DNA of 37,933 nucleotides from Basidiobolus ranarum (Eukaryota): NCBI GenBank assembly GCA_040143965.1, contig JASJQH010000051.1, positions 1 to 37,933 of the forward strand, read 5' to 3'. Shown piece by piece: positions 12,001 to 21,928 of this stretch (position 1 is its first letter; each line of letters starts with the position of its first letter). The notes under the pieces were generated by a model. It saw only the letters and a program-made list of their open reading frames with translations, ran no database searches and was not told where the DNA came from. The position numbers and the translations under genes were made by a program.

Positions 12001-14464
12001 CGATAAAGAACAAAACGATGATGAATCGGAGGAAGAAGAGGAGGAGGAACCTGAGGATCAAATGGGTGATTTCGATGACTTGGATCCTAATGCAGTGGAT
12101 GAAAAGATCTGGGGAGACGATGGAGATGATGAACAAGAAGATGAAGAGAATGCTCGTGATCTTGATGACACCAACCAAGATGTTGGCGAAGAAGAGAGCG
12201 AGATGGTCGCTAAAGATGACGAAAATGAGGAAGATCAACAGGATAACTCGGATAAAAAAGAAAAATCCGCACAAGAATCTGGCCAGGATCAACCGGAAGA
12301 AAAGGATGATCGACCAGATGAAGAGGACCAAAGTGGTTCTGAAGATGCCGAAGATGAACAAGAGGATCGTGTGAACGCCGAACCTACAGAGATGCCTGAG
12401 GCTGGCGATTTGGAACTCGCTGAAGATTTGAACCTCTCCGAAGTCTCGTCCGATGAAGAAAGTGACGAAGAAGAAAAGGAAGGTGAAGACGGCATGGATG
12501 ACGATGGTGACATGATGGATGTTGATGAACCAAAGTCTAAGAATCCTGAAGAATCTGAAGATGAAGAGAACGCGGTTCCAGCTGATGAAGCGAAGCAAGA
12601 TGAGTCTGATGATGTCGAGGAAAATGAGGAAGAGAACGATGAACAGGCTGATAATGACGCATCTGCTCAGGGTGTAAATGAAGATGAGAATCCAGATGAG
12701 AACGAAGAAGATGGAGAAATCGATCCTGAGAACCGTATCGGCGCAGAAGAGGAAGAAGAGGAAGTTGAAGGTCAGGAAGGCGAGAATCCTGAAGAGGAAC
12801 CTATAGATGCCCCCGACCAAGAAACGGACAAGCCTCAATCAGGTAGTCAAAGCAACGCTGGAATGAATAGCGCCGGTGCAGTTGGATTGGCTGGAAATGC
12901 AGATGACAACCAAGACGCTGCCGATGAACCAAACCAAGGAGCCGAAGATTCCCAGGCTGCTCAAAATGAAAGCTCCATGCCCACCGACGGTCAAACTGTT
13001 CAAAATACTCAAAACGAAGACGCTGAGAATACTTCAGAAAAAGAAAACGAGCCAAACCCTCATCGAAGCTTAAGTGAAGCGTTAGAGAAATGGAAGAAAC
13101 TCAAGACCGTCGCTAGGTCTGAAGAAGAACAAGAAAAACCAGAGAACTCAGAGGAGCAAGTCAATGAAAAATCCCAGTTCGAATTCGTTCAGGATGATGA
13201 GGATCATGAAGCTGATACCCTTGGTGTTGCCAATGAGGAACAAATGCAAAACACTCAAAACCAAGACTTGGCCGCCATGGATGAGGACGAAGAAACGGAA
13301 GATCCCGAACAAGTCGCTGATATGAACATTGATGAAGAAACACCTGAGGAAGAGGACACTCAACAACCAGAACTTGCCAATGGTAAGATGAATCCTGAGG
13401 GAGGCTCTCTATTCAGCAAGAATATGGAACGTCTTCTTGAGGATGATCTTGACGAGCTTAGCATTCAAGAAGGGGCTGGCAAGGGCAACATGGAAATCGA
13501 CTCTAACATTGAGGAAGTTGAGCCCTTGACGCAGGAGCAGATCGAAGCAATGAGAGAAGAACTTGAGAGAAATCTAACCAAGTGGAGAGAGGATGGAGAA
13601 AGTATGAATAACGCACGTGAACTCTGGCATCAATACGAACTTCTCACCCATGATCTTGCTTTGGGACTCTGTGAACAGCTGCGATTGATCTTGGAACCCA
13701 CCTTGGCTACAAAAATGAAGGGAGATTACCGTACAGGCAAACGTCTGAACATGAAAAAGATCATTCCTTATATTGCCTCTCAGTTCAAGAAAGACAAGAT
13801 CTGGCTTCGTCGAACCAAACCTAGCAAGCGTCAGTATCAAGTGATGATTGCTGTTGATGACTCCAAGTCCATGTCGGAGTCCCACTCGATTCAATTAGCT
13901 TACGAGACCATTGCTCTAGTCTCAAAATCACTATCCTTGCTTGAAGTTGGAGAACTTTCGATCGTTAGCTTCGGACAAGATGTTAAATTAGTGCATCCAT
14001 TCGATCAACCTTTTGCTTCTGAAGCAGGAGCCCAAGTGATTCAAAACTTCACTTTCCGACAAAACAAGACCAATGTTACGCAACTTATGGAATCCAGCAT
14101 TGGCTTGTTCACTGAGCGTAAATATAGTCAATCAAGTAATGCAGAGCTCTGGCAACTTCAACTTATCATCTCTGATGGTGTATGTGAAGATCATGGCAAG
14201 TTACAAGCACTTGTACGCAATGCTGCTGAACAACGTATCATGGTGGTCTTCATTATTCTCGACAACAAACCGGAGAAAGATTCTATCATGGCGGTTAACT
14301 CGATTCAATACAAGACCATCAATGGCAAATTATCCATGTCTATGGTTAGATACCTCGATACCTTCCCATTCGAGTACTATGTAATTCTACGTGACATCAA
14401 TTCCTTACCCGAAGTTTTATCCGACGCACTTAGACAATATTTCAGCCTTGTAAATGGCTGTTAA
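2..14464 (+). CDS. MDN1: Midasin (Rea1/Mdn1) AAA-ATPase for pre-60S maturation; 5'-partial, frame open to the window edge
   Basis: >4800 aa uninterrupted ORF with repeated Walker A motifs (GETGTGKT, GPTSAGKT, GDTGCGKT, GSPGVGKT, GSSGSGKT), Walker B motifs (LLDEINLA, VLDELNLA), LRNRF arginine-finger motifs, a long linker, a D/E-rich region (~11770-13500) and a C-terminal MIDAS/VWA domain (AVDDSKSM, ISDG). The frame continues upstream of 68 without a stop (SSNQVKRGSKRVFAQTNHALRL). Confidence 0.98.
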   Translation, partial: SSNQVKRGSKRVFAQTNHALRLLERIAVGVHLCEPILLVGETGTGKTTVVQYLAELMHQNLVVVNLSQQSDSSDLLGGFKPVDGKIMAIPLKEEFERLFECTFSMKRNAKFLEGTRKAFVKKQWRRLITLFTEACKMAKQRLVNRAEKEVEDTDHQSVKPKKARTGEKAIDNAALVQQWEAFGESVLQFEARQSQENKLVFSFIEGSLVKAVRKGYWILLDEINLATTETLECLSGLIQDAEGSILLTEKGDTEPIRRHPNFRVFACMNPATDVGKKDLPPGLRNRFTEFFVHPPDARKDDLLTIVKKYLATTSHGDERACMDVTEFYMEAKNLQAHHKLADGANQRPHYSMRTLSRALSYVAQIAPNYGLRRALYEGFSMTFSTLLNKESTVLMSQLIEKHLLKGVKNPRALITQIPRPPTEEGFVQFGHFWLSQGPEVLDEVEHYILTSSVEKNLYNLARVVMSNKYPVLLQGPTSAGKTSMIEYLAKRTGHKFIRINNHEHTDLQEYLGTYVSQDGQLTFQEGALVEALRKGYWIVLDELNLAPSDVLEALNRLLDDNRELLIPETQEVVKPHPHFMLFATQNPAGLYGGRKALSRAFRNRFLELHFDDIPEDELETILAKRCQIAPSYCKKLVQVYKQLMEHRQRTRIFDGKHGFITLRDMFRWAGREALGYQELAEHGYMILAERTRREEEKAVVKKVIETVMRAKIDEANLYDCSHLPEFKEFERRVVGSDQSSVAWTKAMKRLFTLVAQCIRFNEPVLLVGDTGCGKTTVCQMLAIAREQQLHIVNCHQNTETSDLLGGQRPLRNKSGIYAELREHLDPFLRAHFSAEEAEQLISDYDIDDVMAYFEAHVKSDCSIEHGEENIAKEIQFIRSLYKKSIGLFEWHDGPLVQSMKEGDLFLLDEISLADDSVLERLNSVLEPHRLLVLAEKGGAHVEELFGHHRFQFLATMNPGGDYGKKELSPALRNRFTEIWVPSVTDEDDLKQIIQERLKAEDVKPFASKMLDFINWYVKALGKSRSIISLRDVLSWVEFMNEASSKLGPEGAFIHGGSLVLLDGIGSNGSPGTVFTGEALKNFKIECLARLSGRDSSTVSTSDLYGISSEIESTPSHFGVAPFFISKESQTNHKVKFALRAPTTFANLVRVLRALQIKKPILLEGSPGVGKTSLISALASASGRNLVRINLSEQTDLMDLFGSDLPVEGGKSGEFAWRDAPFLQAMQSGEWVLLDEINLASQSVLEGLNSCLDHRGSVYIPELDRSFGCAKEFRIFAAQNPIQQGGGRKGLPKSFLNRFTQVYVDQLVKDDLMFICQHSFPAMDITELEKVIEFNNRMHEETMVRRSFGMKGSPWEFNLRDVFRWLDLLNSDHGLRCTTSPSEYLDMIYLKRMRTPQDRECTVQLYNQVFKTTYQRPDHPFYQINPSYLQVGHSVLPRRNNTTEKLTGEQLHLLHTMLGPMESVMKCVEMNWMAIVTGSSGSGKTSLVRILAQLTGNVLQEFSMNSGVDTMELLGGFEQVELSRYRQKILDGLRQATCRLSKLLLTLQIENQSKVVSYLQQLSNNLFALEQQHFSLDTSKSQSEAEFDCSLVEHQISLISRIIEEFDFSTISSDLVPTESDLSDISQMIGTLKVMQKETVSGKFEWIDGVLIEALEKGHWILIDNANLCNPSILDRLNPLFETNGVLMVNERGLVNGEVKIIQPHKNFRLFMTVDPQNGELSRAMRNRGVEIVLLPQGWSSDDQDIIRLANNMGIPGSKLPLLLKDIHTSADTYRATFNTRNYTLLLHMVVELLQRGSNMVSAVKEALSYVNFVSTDDDEHKSNAILTELAEICKNGVESLGDNFFSPANFPYLINGDFLRKESTLATIILQSAYLIYLLQEKQSAIDTQNDEKLSKIDSCIRYASVYFIESTCTADINLRMQLLDFVATHETLSTVADSMNIEKYLLKEITQHSLASYMEKQKSALTTALNLDPVLMGNQPLNLKMNPFLFTALNTLIASQSNESVSGLWANYKNSVDAFELLIRVKRIEYEENALFAKAERIKISNLNLVQQSFCHSIGRLSESQLTNPIVAQLYPTTATLRSWILEKLEAFQDGTQQTFTSIAHELLDKRDIFWQVIQKNFLDFGELSTAVQWLLKITTKAFQTDPTLKPLGEIVFGMSSHIGLHSSKTMKILWKALHPSTLSSMELYTIEEKYHKVQEDWDLYESDNKGGFTLKYDHPLIFTDAVLKRTFIEGLASLYFSTEDAKTEVIIESANSMLEHIQDKFQNYNEIAEKATDQVGLIASTKLELAPLMDFTSILWEMEILAELCKVLTLSGADMTTMQLIDRISKFFTFSLSATTRAPNDFVGYQKLLWHLSNHSEEEEEKIISHVRCVAQDLIFSWHLRLWRTSYNKPGFEVSEDLDVSKDNDSYGPARLFQDVYTTTCFSFLDALKSAPLNAYRDKVESVQKLKSHLTTQDLTHSNRSTLDASILMSTIKQLLYSFRTTFQTETYEKLIGTLSKVEKIIVKLVSRTCSSSDEKDAILTEVKQSLTALSVEVHNGSNITLTNVFDKYISRAFTELIEGYLSDISFETMVKQGKAWIWISLGFVAAYIPEHPVDPAVKAKMKWDTLQERQCELKNEVQVRQGIEVMMTGQEDNIMISEKQESLNAVSGQIRDYTGQVVLRPEDSQYSNLFNELQYMRNNIINEDSLLELVSELETKRDENLVSRELLFQDTTMQFLQRMMYKYPLYKDVLQPVFVAVSQLKYGVRLVSTHSQYLLNEEGNFLTKLIDALLYPSNGELTENVNESIEYLANPDTIRALKQLIDESKLITQKLSVLMQYIIAVLHKVFIASKTSGYLCFRYLEIADYLFDRLMGIWQLAEEARKKRQIEEQSLYKHKEEVHTALTDEEIEAQELRELFPDFRNDFLDLERNENDDPQENSKPKKTILSEVETTTISEEDIAQVAYLHESLVSKYSVAHCKKFEVDNAEKDFEKMFVHSYNVATHLAKLAGGHLPYELDRKCRSAHVYVTALWSKEYATDSLESNNDDTYDFYKDSNVLQTSRLVPILEKFIDRVQFLVDTWPEHAVLAQILEVARRISGFPATSPIMKFLTGLELLLQKSEDWQAYTSKEFSLKVNLDEVINLIVSWRHLELKCWSKLIQAQDRYIQESALSWWFHLYNSVVKPSWELASREIESSEMNMDDGEMNTDLKEHLNNLLATLDQFLQSSSYGEFKTRHQLLVSFSHHLEQKYFLSEQATTVWTAVLNAVWNVCQYYGQFLQPVDEAIKKLRKPIEKELIEYVKIASWKDINVYALKQSSAKTHKHLNKFIKKYKEVLRNPITQIIQAYMSDISFNVVKESSKKASKKNKKRKTISAPTQTVKDVLWKDQESLKMIPEEISGTIQQFEHQLLEVDLSVEKNVQLLARFQKFCRDDITKLYIHTDGQVLDSFSGDIISQIKEFQDMVLPATKESEKMLKNQKSIRRKALVDFLKQLRRVGLKYRIRAQAMKQSDFKYVCQLGKIDLGELFNLTPTRLISSKVNQWANDTILPLWSKSNEYYYKILARMSFLRDIATHSPKDLTFQEVEKGMGFTEHLLSFVMKEREVMHKLDHSYKSLAAIYRQWKDLSPSTKKPASESVTLNSRVSQGLESHKYLMDRLSESVYGAILLVDAHCRIHTSSSAYSSAKQDLEIVLKSILNLQSSTGAAFEMFLMYPKYAVKMDPIITSHVYDILDTNVTELKTIKQNLNEYILRYPELEYLITSIISSIPAHMEPIRHQVEKVGIEEEHTREVLNNVSKLIQSLLVIIQELRKLQKSRESELSVDQDYDEFGLRENHISDAHNIFLQTSKMLHMPGVIQACQQISASTTTLMEYHHDGSPLEPLVTHVLSICVPFLEQYLSISCLHLHEFLVHHKALNKLCMVVCNTFLTLFTKGYCIPEVQSEEQEMDDGDAQGTGVGEGDTSGAQDVSNEIEDEDQVLGTEDQKPQEPDTNDTSKEEENGLDMENDFEGKMEDVIESDKEQNDDESEEEEEEEPEDQMGDFDDLDPNAVDEKIWGDDGDDEQEDEENARDLDDTNQDVGEEESEMVAKDDENEEDQQDNSDKKEKSAQESGQDQPEEKDDRPDEEDQSGSEDAEDEQEDRVNAEPTEMPEAGDLELAEDLNLSEVSSDEESDEEEKEGEDGMDDDGDMMDVDEPKSKNPEESEDEENAVPADEAKQDESDDVEENEEENDEQADNDASAQGVNEDENPDENEEDGEIDPENRIGAEEEEEEVEGQEGENPEEEPIDAPDQETDKPQSGSQSNAGMNSAGAVGLAGNADDNQDAADEPNQGAEDSQAAQNESSMPTDGQTVQNTQNEDAENTSEKENEPNPHRSLSEALEKWKKLKTVARSEEEQEKPENSEEQVNEKSQFEFVQDDEDHEADTLGVANEEQMQNTQNQDLAAMDEDEETEDPEQVADMNIDEETPEEEDTQQPELANGKMNPEGGSLFSKNMERLLEDDLDELSIQEGAGKGNMEIDSNIEEVEPLTQEQIEAMREELERNLTKWREDGESMNNARELWHQYELLTHDLALGLCEQLRLILEPTLATKMKGDYRTGKRLNMKKIIPYIASQFKKDKIWLRRTKPSKRQYQVMIAVDDSKSMSESHSIQLAYETIALVSKSLSLLEVGELSIVSFGQDVKLVHPFDQPFASEAGAQVIQNFTFRQNKTNVTQLMESSIGLFTERKYSQSSNAELWQLQLIISDGVCEDHGKLQALVRNAAEQRIMVVFIILDNKPEKDSIMAVNSIQYKTINGKLSMSMVRYLDTFPFEYYVILRDINSLPEVLSDALRQYFSLVNGC

Positions 14465-14536
14465 CTTAGTGATTGCTTTAATTAATCTAATAATATATAT
14501 ATAAATAAATATCAATTCAACGAATATCTCTTCATA

Positions 14537-14602
14537 TTTTGATATTGAAGTCACTACCGATATATGTACTAGCTTTTGATATTGAAGTCACTACCGATAT
14601 AT
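14537..14602. repeat. Perfect 29-bp direct repeat, two copies, period 37
   Basis: ttttgatattgaagtcactaccgatatat at 14537-14565 and 14574-14602, separated by gtactagc, between the convergent MDN1 and DBP2 3' ends. Confidence 0.95.
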
Positions 14603-15049
14603 CCTGCAGTTCTTAACTACTTGCAACCTTCCCCAAATAGAGTGGATTACACCATCTAATTATACCTTCGTGCTTTTCATCTTAATAGGATGTGCTTAAC
14701 GTGACTAGATGAGTTCTTACATAGCGAAAAGAATATATAGTACAAACATGTAAAAGCGTTCGAATTATTAGTAAAAACTGATCTTTCCTTTATTTCGAGA
14801 ATGTATATACATATATAAGGGTTATGTCTAAAATAGAATTCAAGGGAGAACAGAAGGGATTAAAGTTTCGTTAGATCTTAGCAGAACTATTGTATATGGA
14901 TCACATATCTCCTCTTGGTTAAACGTACCAGGAGCAAGTTTGATGTGATGGTCAGTATTTTTGACTGAATGTAAATTTCGATCATCTCTCAATGAGATAA
15001 TCAAATCAAATTAAGGAAAATAATACTAGGGTTGGAGATTATATCCAAT

Positions 15050-17485
<2,436 letters not shown>

Positions 17486-18367
17486 TTACGTTTCCTTTAT
17501 AAAGTAAGAACAGAACAAAATGAAACGAAGAGTAAAACGCTAAAGGACAAATGAAGAATTTCTCCTCTATTAAAGTAATTGTTGGAATTGAATGGGGTAA
17601 TAGGAATGTGAAGAAAAAAGAAAAAAAAAAGGTTAGCAAATATTCATTTGCAAAAGAATGAGTGGACATCATTAAGATGAAAAAAACAAGTCTTAAATGG
17701 AAAAGGTGTATGCTAGATTTGATCACGACCCTGATCAAAAATGGGCAACCATCCTAATGAAGTGTTCGAATGGGGCGTTTTCATTCAGCGATCATTTTTT
17801 AATAGTGAAATCTAATGGGGACCACGAGTTGGAAGCTGCGTGCTGCGCATCATTGTTGAGAAAATTGATTAAATGATCAAAAGCTATGAATAGATAGCGA
17901 AGTTTCGATTAGAAGATTGATTAAGTCTGATTACGATGTTGATTAACTCCAATAACAGTGTTGATTGGATGCCCCTTAAATGCAAGCAATAACAAAATCC
18001 GAATATTATTGCTGCACTTAAACCTTGTGATGGATATCTTTATTGGCTGACCTAATTCTAAAATAAATAGGGTCGGCATTACTTGGTTTGTCAGTCATTG
18101 CTAGAGGCCAAGCAGTTTGAGGGTTTCCAGTGTAAGTACAGTATATATGTTGAATAAAAAGGGCAAGAAAGAGCACGATGGGAGTTATATAGAGGAGGTA
18201 TAATCTTAAGCAAAGCATTGAATATTCAGAATTAACTACAGGTAGATGTTTTTGCTTTCGAAGGAATGAAGTATTAGGTGTTAATTATAATTGGAATTCG
18301 TAAGGCAATCGTCCATCAAAATCAGATATTTGGCAAAAAATTAGGACTGCTGTTAACTGACCGTTTC

Positions 18368-19675
18368 TTATGAGGTAGCGTAGAATCGTGTCCAACGCAT
18401 ATAATATCTACAATGTATGAGTTTAGTATGTAGTCATATCTACGTACGTAGGGCTATATCAACATTCATACCCTGCGCCAAACCCAATAGAAAATCCTGT
18501 ACCAACTAGTGCCATAGATACGAGAGCAGCCATCCAAAAACGCATGGTGATATCGTCACCTCTAAAAGGTCTGTGTGAGACTAAATTTAGCAGCATACAA
18601 TTACCCTGAGAAACCATATTACCTTTTGCGCTTATAATTTGAGTTTTCGTCGTAGAGAGTTTTTTCATTTGATTTGGCTTTAGCTTTCCCTGGAGAAACT
18701 TCCCGTTTTCTCTTTGCCAATGAAACTCCTGGGTTATCATTTGACGGAAAAGCGGATGGGATTCTATCAGCCAGTATCGGTGGTGGATTTAACGACCTAG
18801 CTCTGCTCCAACACAAGGCCAATGTAGGTGCAATTCCAGGCTTGTAGACTTGAACACGTGCAGTTCTCGAGTCCTTTTCATGATGGTTATCTCCGGATTC
18901 AAGAGTATTGTGTAGGATTACTTTTTCAAACCCATGCTCATCAAGCAACACCGCTTGTGGTACGTTTTCATCAACGCAAACAGAAGTTCTACTGGCGGGT
19001 CGTTCTATTGGATGCCTAAACGCATCGGATTCATTATTCAATAGCATATTAGATATCCCACCAGTGGGAGGGGAATGAGGAAGGCCAGAGGGTAAAGGCA
19101 ACAATGGAGGAGACACATTAATATGAGAACTTTGAGAAATAGGAATTGTCACTGATGCAGATAATGTTGTATTATGATTATAATATTTCTTGGATTTTTT
19201 CTTTCGGATTCGAGAGGTCGAGGTGGTGGCTAAAAGTGAGTGCAAGCTGGAGTGTTGATGAATATGAGGTTATTTTAAGGTTTACAACACTGCAGAATTA
19301 ATTTAATATACTCTAGTGTGACTATGTACCTAGCTTTAAGTAAGGTTTCTTCTTGACCAACATAGATATGACGTTGGTTGGGTAGGGTATTAGTTTCTTC
19401 TTCGACGTCTTCCTCTTCTTCCTCTTCGGATGCAGAAGACATCTCTCGACTGGATATTTGAACCCAAGAATCTATTGAAGTATACACAGGTGAAATTAGA
19501 AAAATCTACATAATACAAGTTGGAGAGAAGACATACTAGTGATGCTAACTGGAGTTGCACAACCACTGGACCATTCTTGGGCAAATTCCTCCAGGTCTAG
19601 TTCGTTGGTAAAGCGCTCACGTTTATTATTGTAGTTATTTCCGGGCATTTCGAAACAGTTCTGACGTCCTGACAT
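18368..19675 (-). CDS. Uncharacterised tail-anchored membrane protein, ~347 aa; exons 19675-19537, 19471-19330, 19246-18623, 18570-18472, 18407-18368
   Basis: Four GT-AG introns join the ORF fragments in frame (1044 nt). The product has an acidic, S/P-rich, probably disordered body and one C-terminal hydrophobic segment FWMAALVSMALVGTGFSIGFGAGYY followed by MRWTRFYATS*. Confidence 0.7.
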
Positions 19676-20527
19676 AGAAAGTAAAGATGATAGTTACGAG
19701 CCCGTTTCCGAATTAATAACTGAAGTGAAAATAAAAATGGCTATTTTTGTCTCACTTGGTTCGCTATGAGGCTTAAAGAGTAGGAGAAAAGGGGAATTCG
19801 CAGGTTAAGGTATAGGTACAGGATTTTAGATAGTTCGAAAAGTAGGCAGACCTTCCTCAGAAAAAGAAGTATTTTACAGTTAAACCAAAAGGAAATAGGA
19901 GGTAAGATGAAGTGATTTCCAGATAGCAGATATTAAGCATAAGGTAGTCTTGGAGTGCTTAACCAACACAAGCGAATCTTAGTTCGACAAAATCAGGTCT
20001 CAATCAAAGCTGTGTATTCAAAGTGAACAAAGCAAAATACAGTCCTCATCAGATGATTTGTCAAGTGACGGGTTTTGTAAAAGCGCAGTCCAATGATCCT
20101 TTGTTTAACCACAGAACGGTGACCATAATGACGAAGCACAAAACACTCCTAATTCAGCCACTTTTGATCCTGTTTCCTAATCTTGCCCAGAATCAGTGTC
20201 ATTTACGTTCAACCGATGTCAACTGATGGAATCCAGGTAATTTCAATCAAGCAAATCTATTGTAATAGATGCATACATAGATGTATAGATAGAGATGCAT
20301 GTATATAAGTTTCGCTTTACTCCATTGGAGCATACACTCTACCTAGGTGAATGTACCGTACGTCATCTTGATAGACGTGAGATTCAAAATAAAATACACT
20401 ATATTTAGCTGGTAAATATGCACTGATGTTGCTGATCTAATCTGGTAAATAGAAGCATAGCTTTGCACTTGCACTTGCGCTTGTGTAATGCTAATATTGA
20501 AGTTGCCATTTCTGAATTTTATTGAGT

Positions 20528-21705
20528 ATGAAGGCAGCAACTGACTCTGAATATGTGATTTCACACAGTCAGTCTTTTCTAGATGTGACTATCTGTACTA
20601 CAGAGAAATCACCTTCAGATTATAGCTCTAGCCACCGAGTAAACCAAAAGCCACCAAATAAAGGCCTTGAACCCTATGTTGAAATCTTAGTTCGAACCAA
20701 GAGAAGCTCACCTACTGAAGTGTTAGCACATCTAAATGAAGTAAATCAAGCCTCTCAAGAATATAGTTTAATTCCTCGGATACTTAGTCAGCTGGGATAT
20801 CTTGATGTATTACTTTACTTTGTATCAGAAAGACATCACATTTACCATCTTAAACAAGATGGTATTTCTTGGCCCTGGACTGCCGATCCTTTCTTACGTA
20901 ACTACCATTTCACAAATGTAAGCGACTTCACAAGCTCATTTGCTCGAGAGTACTTCATTGTAACAACAAATATTTGTCAACACGATAGATTTTTCGAGAA
21001 CTAGATGTCGTATCACAAATCATTTATGATATTTTAAGCCCGCATTGTCCTTTGGAGCCCCGTTTTTTCTCTAACGTTATTATCCACAGATTGATATCTC
21101 GTAAAGAGATTAATTTGGAAATTGGTTTCATAGAGAACTTTGAGGAAGCATGGAGAGCCATTGAACAAAGAAGAAGGAAAGGAACAAAGTTTGCTACAGC
21201 AGCATTTCAATCGTGTTCACATTTTCAAACGCGTAAAATGATTTGGCAGCAAGCTTGGAGCCATGGAGAATACGTTTGGAGCCGATATTGCTCAAATATA
21301 CCACTTCATATACCGTGGGTTCACTCAAAGCAATCTGGGAATTTACCTACTATTGAAATGGTGTATCGAGGGCTTATGGTCCAACCCAAAATTCAAGGTT
21401 TAGGTAAATTTTTGGCTTGGCAGGTTGCATGTGACACGCATATGCTAGGGTTATCTCAAGATGTTGATTTGGAAACTCCATTTGTAGCTCTAGGGCCTGG
21501 GGCTCAAAGTGGTCTGGATATATTGAACCTGTCGTTTGTAGAGGTTTTAAAGTTTCTTAACGAAAATAGACCGCCCCATGTACCTACATTGTACGCCAAA
21601 GATATCGAACATACATTATGCGAGTTCCACAAATATATCCAGATAAGAAGAGGAAATCATCGATATCGACGGAAGTATACACAATATAAGGATACGTCTG
21701 GGTGA
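20528..21705 (+). CDS. aGPT-Pplase1-family protein (alpha-glutamyl/putrescinyl-thymine pathway; helical glycosylase-like DNA base-modification enzyme), ~368 aa; exons 20528-20917, 20989-21705
   Basis: A 71-nt GTAAGC...TAG intron (20918-20988) joins two ORFs to give ERHHIY..WPWTADPFLRNYHFTN/IFRELD. Downstream motifs are HRLIS, GLGKFLAWQVACD, GPGAQSGL and DIEHTLCEFHKY. This is the motif series I recognise for the family. The true start may lie in an upstream exon. Confidence 0.85.
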
Positions 21706-21928
21706 ATTCTATAGTTGTTGTTCACACTTTGCAAATCGAATTGTTTTGGAATCAACTCTACACTAATTTCTGCCTATTTTATGTTCTACCTGCTATCATT
21801 AATTTGCATCAGATATTTATTATTGTATAAATAAACGTATACTTTAAATTCAAAAAATTCGATAGTATGGACGAATTTTTATGTTGTAGTCATATTGAGA
21901 AATACAGAAATCAACTAATCTTTTCTTA

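Noticed and set aside
11735-12838. 367-aa hydrophobic antisense ORF, plus the alternative-frame ORF 11793-12374
   Set aside because: Shadow of the GAA/GAT-rich acidic region of midasin; the F/I/L/V composition is what the reverse complement predicts.
14537-14602. Direct repeat as a CRISPR array
   Set aside because: Only two copies with an 8-nt spacer, eukaryotic context and no cas genes.
20023-20520. Upstream coding exons or a chromodomain-like extension for the aGPT-Pplase1 gene
   Set aside because: Splice-like sites exist (near 20237 and 20346) but every frame I tried hits stops; at most 5'-UTR introns.
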